Of a DNA stretch of 64,000 bases, positions 36,201-48,110 are shown in pieces. The stretch covers positions 758,307 to 822,306 of the forward strand of contig MNCI01002363.1 in assembly GCA_015680685.1 (NCBI GenBank), written 5' to 3'. Positions within the stretch are counted from its first letter, which is position 1. Every line of letters begins with the position of its first letter. The stretch comes from Gnetum montanum. Its lineage: Eukaryota; Plantae; Gnetophyta. Under the pieces are notes generated by a model. That model was not told the DNA's origin. It ran no database searches and worked only from the letters and a program-made list of their open reading frames with translations. The position numbers and the translations under genes are program-made.

Positions 36201-38469
36201 GATTGTGTGGTCCATCTCTCGAATGTACGGTCATAAGATTAGTCATGGGGAAGATGCTCCATCCTGGTTCAAGAACTAATAAGTATTTTTTACCTTTTTT
36301 TTTGTTTTACAATTTTTTATCATTTTACTATTTCTTCCAAAATTTTTTGATTCTTCATATGTTTTCCATTTCTTTATATTTTTGTTCTCTTTATATTTTT
36401 CTCTTTGCTTGAGTCATTTTATTTATGTTTTATGAATATCATTTTTTATGCTTTCATTAATAATATTACCAGTCGTGATGCAGAAGTCAATGCTATGTGT
36501 TGGGCTTTTAGGTTATGCTATCAAGATGATTGGGTAAGTAATTGTGTAAAATAATGAGACCACCTCATCCATCCCTTTAGTTCTCTAAATAAAAATGTCT
36601 TTTTCATGGAAACAATTTGGTTCTTCTTTCATGAAACTAAAATTAATGGATGCTCATTATATCTTGAAGAAAGAGGGAATGACCAAGTAGGAATGGAAAG
36701 GGGTGTGACCTCAAGTGGACTTGTTGGATTCTCTTCTTAACTTCCTTCCTATGGTTTATGACTCCTCTTGAAACATATCATCACTCCTTTGTTGACCAAT
36801 AACTTAGAAGCTATGTCTTTTCATGGTCTGGTTCCCATTTTAAAAAAATTTAAAAATCCAAAAAAAATAAAGAAAAAAATATAAAAAGAAAAAAAAATGA
36901 ATATATATATATATAATGAAAATTCAAAGCACACCCCTTAGGAATAATAATGGGCTACAAGCACTAGTTATGGGGCTAGAAAGACATGTTACCCATGCAA
37001 GAAGGTGCCCCTCTAACTAAGGACCTTCCTTCCTTCCTTCTTCTTTGTTCTTATCTTTTTGGAGTGATGATTTTTGTTTGAGGTGGTTGTGGACTCATGG
37101 TGGTTGTGGACTCATGGTGGTTGGAAAGAAGGAACACATCAATGCGAGGTCACTACTCATGGTATGGACTTGGTCTAAACTTGGATGGATAGGTATGCTG
37201 ATAATTTTAATCACATTTTTCACAAGAACCTATTGTGGACATGGTTAAGTACCTTGCATCCCAATCTCTAAAATCCCTTCTCATTCCATTATTCAACTCA
37301 CTATTACATACAATTATAAGCCTTTTTATTTTGTATAGTATAGTGCAACATCCCAACCATAGCAGTTGTGTGTTGTTTGGAACAAAGGCATGGTCTACAT
37401 TTAACTTCTTAGGTGCCCATGAACATCTATAGAAGTGGTTATGCAAGGGCATTATGGTAGGAGCCTACTTTGGGAAGGACCTACTTGCATAACTTTTGTT
37501 GATCATGGCTTTGAACTAACCTTCACATCTTCTAGAACATCAGTCACGATTTTTTTGAATTTATGCATAATTTTGGGACTACTTCTCACTTGTTTCATTA
37601 ATTTTTCCTACTTTTCTATTTCCATATCCATTAATATTTCTTTGGAATATTCTAAAGTAGACCTTTGGTTTCAATTTTTTGAAAACTTATGCACTTCCAA
37701 AGTTACACTCATTAGTCATGGGGGCTAGGGATGTCTTTTTTGAAATTGAAATTTTTGAAATTTTTCCAATATCCTATTTTCAAACGTTATGGTAACTAAT
37801 AGTAATTGATAAAAATAATGTGAAGAGATTGATGATTTTAGTTATCTCATAGCCTTAGGCATAGTATTTTGTCATCACCTTGTGCTTAAACACAAACTAA
37901 GGGATCTAAAAAGGGTTAATTATTATGGAAAATTTACCAAAACTAATGTTGATCCTTTGGTGACTATGGGTGATGCTAAAAGAAATGCCTAAGGAAGAAG
38001 GTTGTTTTCCAAGCACAGAAACAAAGCCAAGAGGTTGACAACAAAGGATATGCCCATGGAAAAATCATAGCACATACAAGATAACAACTCAAACTTCACA
38101 TGTTTGCTAGATCCATGGGATGATGAGAAGAAATTTCAATCCATCCTTCAAGAATGTTCTACATAACTAGAGAAGCATCAACATAACAATCAAATTTGGA
38201 AGTCTACCATCACTAGCAGCAACAAGAAGAATCATCCTCAACATATTTTTGAAGACCTATCCAAATTTTGTAATCTTTAATGTTTGTCTAGTCTTTTTAT
38301 CACTCTATCATTTTGTATGCATCCACTCAAATAAAATTTTGTAATGTGGCACTCAAAGTTAGTTAATAGTTAACATCAGTCAATATTCCATCATTCCTAA
38401 TTTTTTGTAAAGAAAGCTTAATCCTATCCTATTAACTTAAGGATGAGTTTCTACTCAGTCGTGGGGGTA

Positions 38470-39575
38470 TGATGAAGCATTGGTGGCTACATTAACATAG
38501 TCATGTCAAGGTAGCTGCCTCAACATAGATGCCTCGGTGCAGATGCTTCAACACATGTTGTCACATCTATTTGAATAATGATGAAGCGTCAAAGTGTCAC
38601 ATTGATAGGCCCCCATCAACATGGCCTCATCGATGGGCCCCATCTACATGGTGTTGCCCCATTGATCGGGCTACATTAGCATAGTGTTTGCTACATTTAT
38701 GAGGCCCTATCAACATAGCCCCACAATAAAGTTTATAAATACATTCTCACCTATCATGCTTATAAAAATTTCTAGGATCAATAGATTAGTGAAACTCTTG
38801 CATTTTTATTCCTTAGTCTTAGAGAACAATTAGTAAGTGCCCATAGTGTGGATCTGAGTTAGTTGTATGACATATTATTTGAGTGGTAATGTACCTAGAC
38901 ATATTCCATGAATGGTAATAAGATCATAGTGTGAATTTGAGTTAGTTGTATGACATCTTATTTGAGTGCTAATGTACCTAGACACATTCCATGAATGGTA
39001 ATAAGATCGAGATTAATGCTTATTCATTGTAGCACTTTGAGTTAGATTAAATTTACTTTCCATGAAATTTACATTTCATGTACTTCATTAATGTTTATTT
39101 TTCCATGAATATTAATTAATTGGTGAAATGGGTGCGACCATTTTTTAGCGTAAACACATATTTGCTTAGTAACCCCAATAGCGCTAATGTTTGGTTTGCC
39201 TAGTTGCATAGTGCTTGGTAATCCTAGCAGTGGATACATGAATTTAGGATGTGTTCGACAAGCTAGGAATAGACACTCATCACCCATGGCCTAGTTTAGA
39301 CTTTACTTTTCATTGTTAATTAGTTAAATAATTGATTTATTTATTATCATTAGGAGTAGCATAAGGCCGAAACAATATTAAGAATCATATGCCTCACTCT
39401 AGACTAAACCATACGTGACAAAGCTACCAGTAGTCCAAGTGGGAAGCTAGCAAACTGTGATCAAGACATAACGATCTAGATGCACAACTAGTCCCATCCA
39501 CAAAATTCAACCAAATCATGCATTAATGCTTGTGATTCGTATGCTTTGACGTAGGGGGTACCTTGCCGCTCATCA
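38470..39575 (+). repeat. 3' LTR of element D (~1.1 kb)
   Basis: TGATGA...TCATCA termini, preceded by tcagtcgtgggggta; internal ~83-bp tandem duplication at 38851-39008. Confidence 0.87.
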
Positions 39576-40645
39576 CCACTTAACATCAATAATTTGTATT
39601 CGTCCTCCAATAATTGTTTCCTAATCTAAAATGGAACAGTCCATATTGCTAAAAACTTATTTGGCTTTTTCATATTCCATAATAATACAATATCACTAAT
39701 TTTAAAATTTCTTTTCATAGCCCTTCTATAACATCATCTTTAAACTTGAGAGTCATTCTTTAATAAATTATCTCTATCTCTATCCATTTCAACTTCTCTT
39801 TTAATGAGCAAGGTCACGAAATTTTTATCTTTATCAATTTTTTCACTATACTTTTGTACAAAATCTAAGGCTGAGCTTATAATTTTATTTATAATTATGG
39901 AAATCAAACCATAGACTAAGTTATAAGTTGAGGTCCCAATAGCATTTTTAAATCTAATACAATCAATCCAATTCCCTAGATTCCCAACCATTAACTTTTA
40001 AATGTAGGAAATAAGCTTTTTATTTGTAGATTCAGTTAAGCTATTTCCTTGAGGATAATAATTTCATTTTGGGCTAGGAATTGTTTAACCACAAGCTTTA
40101 TTAGCATAATATGAACTAATGAGCTTTCCAAGGAATATTCGTAGTGTTGAAGTTCTTTAATAACTATGAATGCCTATTTTTCTAAGTTTGAATAATTTAA
40201 TTCTAATCCTTTTAACTAATACCAAAAAAATCCAATTGGTTCATCATGACTATTACTCTTTGAATTAAAATGGTAGCAATTGAATCATTTGAAGAAAAAG
40301 CATATAACTAGAAATCTTCCTTCAATTTTGGTTTTACAAAGTATGGAGCTTCTTGAATAGCCTTTTTAATTTCTGTTAGAGCTCTTTCAAACTTTGGTGT
40401 TTTCTTCACTAGGACATCTTTCTTTAGCATAGGTGTCAAAGGTTTAGTAATTTCAGTAAATCCAAGGATAACTTTGTTAATGAAATTTGTCTTTTCAAAG
40501 AAAGATCTAATAGAATTTTTACTCATAGGATGCTCGATATTCTATACAACTTGAATTCAAGAGTTATCTATAGCAATTCCTTCTATAAAGAATATCTAGC
40601 ATCTCCTTGGGAAGAAAATATCAAGCAAAATTTTCATTGCTATCA
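39576..40645 (-). pseudogene. pol: Highly decayed, internally deleted gypsy pol (RT thumb, part of RNase H, integrase C-terminus)
   Basis: SIRSFFEKTNFINKVILGFTEITKPLTPMLKKD; YYPQGNSLTESTNK; NAIGTSTYNLVYG. Confidence 0.75.
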
Positions 40646-40647
40646 TT

Positions 40648-41900
40648 AGGCAAGAATCTTTAGCAACTATATGTCCCAGCAACTTATAGAGGTTTCCTTC
40701 CTTCTTGGCCTTCAAAACTACTAGGCATTCCCTATTGACTTTCAGTAAGTCACTATCTCCAACAAATTTGCAACCCAATCCATCTAAAGCTCCAAGAAAG
40801 ATGAGATTCCTCCTCATTTTGACACATGTTTCTCATCTATGAGAGTATTAATAGTGCCATCATGACACTTGATTCGAATTCTTTTGATGCCCATAATTCT
40901 TGCTTCATCATAAGTTCCCATTAGCAGTGACCTACCATCAACTTCTTGGTATGTACAAAACCAAGATGTATGAGGAGTAATATGCCATGAAGCTCTTAAA
41001 TCAAGAATTCATTCACCTTTTTCACTTGATTCTATAGCTAAGGGAACATCTTTTGATTTGTCGGTCTTAATTGTATTAGCCTCCTCTTTGTTGGGAGTAG
41101 ATGCCTCCTAAGGTTTTTTCATGGTTTCCTCCTTTACCTTTAGCTTTCTACACTCCTTCATGAAATGCCCCTTCTTGTGGAAATGATTGCATTATACATT
41201 CTTCTTGTTGTCCTTTCCATATCTAGACTTTGATCTAAAAGGGTGTTTCTCAGACCCTCTTTCCATGGTATGACCTCGAGTCATCAAATCTTTAGTGGTC
41301 TATTCTATCATTGTAGACTTAATCCTTTCTTCTAACAAGAGAGCTGTAGTCACTATTTCTAGTTCTATGGTATCCTTACCATAGAGCAACATCATAGCAA
41401 GAGGTTTATAAGAAGGTGAAAGTGACTTAAGAAGGATAAGAGGTTGATCCTCCTCTTCTATTTCAACATTGATGCTTGACAAATGACAAATGAGTTTATT
41501 CAAAGCATCTAAATGTTCTATAATAGGCACACCTTCTTTCATCTTGAAGTTGTAGAGCTCTATCTTTAAGTACAACTTATTTGTCAAGGAATTTGTCATA
41601 TGCAAGCTCTCCAACTTAGTCCATAACCCAGTAGTAGAATCCTCCTTTGCCACATTGAATAAAACTAAATATGCAAGGCTTAATCTTATGGTACTTTGAG
41701 CCTTTAAATCCAAATCTTTCTAGTCTTCATCAAACATACCAATAGGCTTCTGACCCTTACCCAGCAGTGCCTTATGCAAGCCCTATTGAATGAGCAAATG
41801 TTTGACCTTAATCTATCATAAGCCAAAGTTATTCTTGCCATTAAATTTCTCCACCCCAAACTTTGCATTCAAAACCCTAGAAGTCATTTTGATAGCATTT
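40648..41900 (-). pseudogene. gag: Copia gag and protease, second (truncated) copy
   Basis: DLKAQSTIRLSL...LWTKLESLHMTNSLTNKLYLK; RRNLIFLGALDGLG. Confidence 0.9.
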
Positions 41901-41912
41901 CATGTAACTATC

Positions 41913-41924
41913 ACTCTAATATCA
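41913..41924 (-). promoter_or_regulatory. Decayed tRNA-Met(i) primer-binding site
   Basis: Minus strand tgatattagagt versus canonical tggtatcagagc, 2 nt from the LTR end. Confidence 0.7.
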
Positions 41925-41926
41925 AT

Positions 41927-42498
41927 TGTTGTCCAAAACAGAATCGTAGCAGAAGAACAAAGTCCAACCAGAATCAGTGAGTTGGTGAAATGACATAATG
42001 CAAAACATAAGAACACGATGGTGTAAGAAGAAATCAATGAAGAATAACATGCAACTAGGAACAAACAACACAAAAGAAACACTAGGTTTTAACATGGTTT
42101 GGCAATGTGCCTACCTCCATGAGAATGAGGATTTGCATTTCTTGTAGCAGAAGAGAAATGGGAGAGATTATAACAAGCTCCACAATATAGCAACTATAGC
42201 ATTTGGCTGATAGATAACCAAACTTCCTCAAACAACTCCTACAACACAACAAAAGCTTACAACACTTTGTAATCACACACACCAATACCCAAGGTCCTTC
42301 CAAAGGCACACATATATAGGGCTAGGATTAGGATTAAACATGGAAAGCCCTAAAATAATGAGCCTCCTTAAATTGGATTTCATAAATTTACATGTCAACC
42401 ATGGAAAATGCCAAAAATATGGAGGAAGAATCAGGTCTAAAAAACAAACATAATGTTTGAAAAAAGGCATAATAATAATTTTGGCTCATATCCCAACA
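41927..42498 (-). repeat. Copia LTR (middle, 572 bp)
   Basis: TGTTG...CAACA termini; aligns along its length with 46802-47367. Confidence 0.92.
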
Positions 42499-42511
42499 AT
42501 CTCCACCTTAA
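42499..42511 (-). promoter_or_regulatory. Copia polypurine tract
   Basis: Minus strand aaggtggagat directly before TGTTGGG. Confidence 0.85.
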
Positions 42512-42519
42512 GCCAAAAT

Positions 42520-45500
42520 TCCTCTCTGTAGTAAATCCTCAACTACTCAACTATTTTGACAAGAGTTGCAAGAAGTCCAAAGATCATCTGAACTTCTCCA
42601 ACTAAAGTGGCTTTGTTAGCATGTCTTCTAGATTTTCCAAAGTATAAATCTTTTGAAAAATAACACATCCTTCATTAATCAGCTATTACACAAAATGATA
42701 CTTCACTTGGATGTGTTTAGACCTTTCATGGAATGCTAAATTGTGTGCCAAGAAAATAGCACTCTGACTATCACTTAACAACGATATCTTTACTTGATGT
42801 TGTCCCAATCCTTCCATGAGATTCTTCAATCAAATTGTTTCCCTACATGTTGATGAAATAGCAATGTATTCTACTTCCATTGTTGAAAGAGCCATCACTG
42901 ATTATAGCTTTGACTTCCATGAAATAGGTCCTCCTGCTATGGTGAACACATGACTTGATGTAGACTTTCTTTTATATAGATCACCAACAAAATCTAAATC
43001 ACAATAACCTACAACAGTCTTCCCATCTTTGCTATAGCAAATGTAAAGTTTGGAAGTTTCTTTCAAATAATGAAGGATCCACTAAAATGCTCCCCAATGC
43101 ATCTTGCCAAGATTTTTCATGTATCTACTAACAAGACCTACCACATATGCAATAACTAGTCTTGTTTCCACCATGGCATACATCAAACTACCAACAACAT
43201 TAGAGTAAGGAGCTTGAGACATATCTACCTTTTGTTTTTTAGTCTTCGATCATTGCTAAGAGGACAATATAAAATGCATACCAATAGGAGTACTAAATGG
43301 TTTAGCATCTTGCATTATAAACCTCTCAAGAACTTTCTTGATGTATTTCTCTTGAGATAACCACAATTTCCTTTCATTTCTATCTTGAGTGATATCCATG
43401 CCAAGAATTTGTTTGGCTTCTCCTAAATCCTTCATATCAAATTCTAGAGACAAAAGCTCTTTCAACTTCTTAATTTCAGCCTTATTCTTTCATGTAATAA
43501 GCATATCATCCACATACAAGACCAAATTCACAACAATACCATCTACACACTTGTAATTTTACACATAAGGATCTGCAGGATTTTTCTGGAAACCATTCTT
43601 ACACATGAAAGAATTAAACCTCTTATACCACTATCTAAGAATTTGCTTCAAACCATAGAGGGACTTCTTAAGTCTACACACTAGATCTTCTTTCTCTTTA
43701 ACCACAAAATCCCTCTAGTCCCTTCATATAGATTTCTTCTTCAAGATCTTCATGTAAGAAGGTTGTTCAAACATCCATTCGCTCTAACTCAAGATATTTC
43801 ATAGTAGCTAATTCCAAAATAACTTGAATGGATGCAAGCTTTACAACTAGTGCAAACACATCAAAGAAATCTATTCCAAACTTTTGAAGATAACAATTAG
43901 CAAACAACCTTACTTTAAAGTGATCAACCTATCTAGTCGTGGAACACTTCACCTTATATAACCATCTACAATCTATGGTTTTCCTTCCTTTAGGATGCTT
44001 AACCAACTTCCAAGTTTGATTTTTGAAAAGATAGTGCATTTCTTCCTCCATGGAAGCTTGCCACTTCTTGTGTTGGACACTTCTCAATGCCTCTTGATAA
44101 GACATTGGCTAATCCACTTCTACAATTAATGATAGAAATGCATACTCATCATCATACCTAACTGCCAGTGTACCCTTGTTAGGTCTTAAAGATATTCTAG
44201 GCTCAACATGAGGTTGTGGATAATTCACCTCAATATACATATCACCAAGCTCCCATTTTTATGATACCTCTTCATTCTCCTTCTAATCATTGTTCTTGAA
44301 AGTCTCCATTTCAACTTGAGCATCTTCTCTACACTAGCTTGTTTTACTAGCATCCTTCCTTTCACCTTGCTAAATGGATGACTTATTGAATATGACATCC
44401 CTACTAAATATGAACTTCCTTGAAGTAGGATCCTAGAGCCTATACCCTTTGGTATCTTCTACATATCCAAGAAAGACACATTTCTTAGATTTTGGATCAA
44501 GCTTTATTCTATAAATGTCTATAACATGAGCATATGATGGACAACCAAAGATTCTAAGATGTCCATAGTTTCCTAAATTCCACTCTACTCCTCCTCTAGA
44601 TTCTTGCTATTAATAGCAAGAGATGGTGTTCGATTCACCAAGTAACATGTAGTGTTAACTGCCTCCATCTAGATAAAATTCCTTGAAGCAAGATCCTAGA
44701 GACTATACTCTTTGGTATCTTCTGCGTATCCAAGAAGGACACATTCTTTATATTTTGGATCAAGCTTGCTTCTTTGAATGTTTGGAACATGATCATATGA
44801 TGGATAATCAAAGATTCTAAGATGTCCATATTTTTTTGGGATTCCACTCCACACCTTCTCTACAGTCTAGCCATTAATAGCACCAAATGGTGTTTGATTC
44901 ACAAAGTAACATGCAATGTTAACTGTCTTCATCCATAAGCCTTTGTTCATTTTTACAAAACACATCATGCTTCTAGCACATTCCAAAATTGTACGGTTCA
45001 TTCTTTCTAAAACTCCATTTTGTTGAGGAACACCTAGAATTGTAAGATATCTTCTAATACCTTCACATTTGTAAAATGACTCAAAATATTTAGAGATTCA
45101 TTCACCACCACCATCTATTCAAAGAAATTTAATCTTATTTTCAATACTTCTCTCTACATGGGCCTTAAATTCCATAAACTTTTGAAAAAGATATGATTTA
45201 GCTTTAAGAGGAAAAACCCATACCTCTCTTGATTTATCATCAATCAAGGTGATGAAGTATTGTGCACCTCCCAAAGATGGTTGAGGAGAAGGAACCTAAA
45301 CATTACTATAAACCAAATCCAACACATCTCTGCTTCTCACTATGCTACAAGAAAACTTCACTCTACATTATTTACCATACACATAATGTTCACAAAATTC
45401 ATACTTAGTTTTCTACAAACCTAGAAGAAGTCTATTCTCCAATAACCTTTTCAATCCAACCTCGCTAACATGATCCAAACGTCTATGCCATAACATTGAT

Positions 45501-46775
45501 GTAGCAACAAAATTTCCATCAACTACATCTACATATTTGGCAACTATATGTCCTAGAAACTTGTAGAGGTTTCCTTCCTTTGTAGCCTTCAAAACTACTA
45601 GGCATACCCTACTGACTTTAAGCAAGCCACTATCTCCAACAAACTTGCATCCCCATCCATCCAAAGCTCCAAGAGAGATGAGATTCCTTCTCATTTTAAA
45701 CACATGTTTCACATCTGCGAGAGCCCTAATAGTGCCATCATGGCACTTGATTTGAACTGTGTCGATGCCTACAATTCTTGCTTCATCATCAGTTCCCATT
45801 AGGAGCAATCTATCATCAACTTCTTAGTATGTATAAAATCAAGATCTGTGTGGATTAATATGTCATAAAGCTCCTAAATCAAGAATTCATTCACCTTTTT
45901 CAAGTAATTTCATGGCTAAAAGAACATCTTCCAATTTATTGGTGTTAACAATATTGGCCTCCTCTTTGTTGGAAGTAGATGCCTCCTCAAGTTTTTGCTT
46001 GGTCTCCTCCTTTTCCTTTAGCTTTCTACACTCCTTCATGAAATGCCCCTTCTTGTGGCAATAATGACATTCCACATTCTTCTTGTTACCCTTTCCAAAT
46101 CTAGACTTTGATCTACAAGGATGTTTCTCAAACCCTCTTTCCATGGTATGACCTTGAGTCATCAAACCTTCAATAGTTTGTTTTATCATTGTACACTTTA
46201 TTCTTTCTTCTAACAAAAGAGCTACAGTCACTATTTTGAATTCTATGGTATCCTTACCATAGATTAGCATTGTAGCAAGAGGTTTATAAAAAGGTGGAAG
46301 TGACTTAAGAAGGATAAGAGCCTGATCCTCTTCTATTTCAACCTTGATTCTTAACAAACAACCATTGAGTTAATACAAAGCATTTAAATGGTAGACAATA
46401 GATGCACCTTCCTTCATCTTGAAGTTGTAGAGGTCTATCTTCAAGTATAGCTTATTTGTCAAGGACTTTACCATGTACAATCTCTTCAGCTTAGTCCATA
46501 ACCCAGTAGCAGAATCCTCCTTTACCACATTGAATAAAACTTGATCTAAAAGGCTTAATCTTATGGTACTTTGAGTTCTTAAATCCAAATCTTTTCAGTC
46601 TTCATTAGAAATATTGGTAGGCTTCTTAGCCTTACCCAACAATCCCTTATGCAAGCCCTATTGAATGAGTAGATCTTTGACCTTAATCTACCATAAGCCA
46701 AATTTATTCTTGCCATTGAATTTCTACACCTCAAACTTTTCATTCAAAACCCTAGAATCCATTCTGATAGTATTT
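42520..46775 (-). pseudogene. pol: Copia gag-pol (gag, CCHC, PR, INT, RT, RNase H), disrupted
   Basis: CHYCHKKGHFMKEC; LWHRRLDHVSE; YVDDML at ~43500; EFDMKDLGEAKQILGM; KHIQVKYHFV. Confidence 0.95.
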
Positions 46776-46801
46776 CATATAACTATCACTTTAATAACAA
46801 T

Positions 46802-47367
46802 TTTTGCATAAAACAGAATTGTAGCGAAAGAACAAGCCCAACCAAAATTGATAAGTTACTGAAATGATAGAATGCAAAACATAAGAACATGATGGTGCAA
46901 GAACAAATCAATCAAGAATAACATGAAAACAAGAACAAACAACACAATAGGGACACCAAGTTTTAATATGGTTTAGTAATGTGCCTACCTCCACGAGAAT
47001 GAGGATTTGAATTTCTTGTAGTAGAAGAGGAGTGGAAGAGATTACAACAAGATCTGCAATATAGTAGCTATGACATTTGGCTGATAGATAACCAAACTTC
47101 TTCCAACAACTCCTCCAACACAACAAAATATCACAATAATCACACATACTAATACCCAAGGTCCTTCCAAAGGCACACATATATAGGGCTATGGTTAGGA
47201 TTAAACATGGAAAGTCCTAAAATAGTGAGCCCCCTTAAATTGGATTTGATAAATTTACAACATTCCAATCATGGAAAATACCAAAATTAAGAAGGAAGAA
47301 TTGAGGATAAAAACAAACATAATGTTGGCAAAAAGACGCAAGAATAATTTTGGCTCATATCCCAACA
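46802..47367 (-). repeat. Copia 5' LTR (~566 bp) followed by a decayed PBS at 46788-46799
   Basis: Homologous to 41927-42498; minus strand starts tgttgggatatgagcc. Confidence 0.92.
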
Positions 47368-47519
47368 TCACTTCCATTATTGTTCCTTCCACCTTAAAAC
47401 ATTCATTATAGAACATGAAATGCTCCCAAGGATATGAAATGTTTCTCATATTAAATGTATTTAATATTTCTAACATATACCATTAAGAGGTAAATGATCA
47501 GGGATCAATGTAGAAATAG

Positions 47520-48110
47520 TGTGAGACGTGTTCCTTGTGGACCATCCATGATGCTCTCAATTTCATGTTTCTTTATCATGTATTAAATGTAAAGTTATGT
47601 AAGGTTTTTAGTTTTAAAGAAGTATTAGGAGTTAGTTCTAATTTCCAAAGTTTAGAGTTTATGTTTAATTTTATGTTATTGTGTAAGCATACTTCACTTT
47701 GATAAAGGATCCATGATCCCACACATAAGCCTCATCAAAGTGAGGCATCTTCAAAAGCTATAAGATGTCTTCTCCTTCAGTGTAAACTCATTGAGAGAAC
47801 TTTGGTTCATTTGAAAGGTAAATAGAAGAGGAGTGTGCTAGTGGTTCCTTAAACTCTGTGTACATTTTATTTTCTTTATTTCTCACATTTTTGTACAATG
47901 ATTTGAGATCCTCACAATCCTCTCATCCAATTCTTACCATGTTCTCATAATTGAATTCTCACATTCTTACAAATTTCAATTCTCACATTCTCACAAGTTT
48001 AAGGTTATTATTCTCTTAATTCTCATAGACCATCTATGTTAGTTTATGTTTATCTTTGTTTTAGAAAGCATAATCTAAATTTTTTTTTATGCTTTGTGTC
48101 TATAATTCCA
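47520..48110. mobile_element. Possible ~590-bp solo LTR within decayed minus-strand gypsy sequence
   Basis: TG...CA ends, 4-bp direct flank atag/atag, internal attctcaca repeats and a hairpin at 47692-47744. Confidence 0.4.

Larger units (their letters stand above)
33570..39575 (+). mobile_element. Athila-like element lacking pol (element D); 5' LTR not seen
   Basis: gag homologous to element C gag, followed directly by the family's post-pol motif (36239), the conserved 3' block, PPT (38456-38469) and LTR. Confidence 0.8.
40648..47367 (-). mobile_element. Ty1/copia (Tnt1/Tork-like) tandem: a full-length copy (41927-47367) plus a truncated second internal region sharing the middle LTR
   Basis: LTR-PBS-gag-pol-PPT-LTR-PBS-gag-PR on the minus strand; the two gag/PR regions are clear paralogues. 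Confidence 0.9.

Noticed and set aside
37045-37728. Hydrophobic ORFs as transmembrane env
   Set aside because: T-rich non-coding 3' region; the homologous region in element A shows no matching ORF
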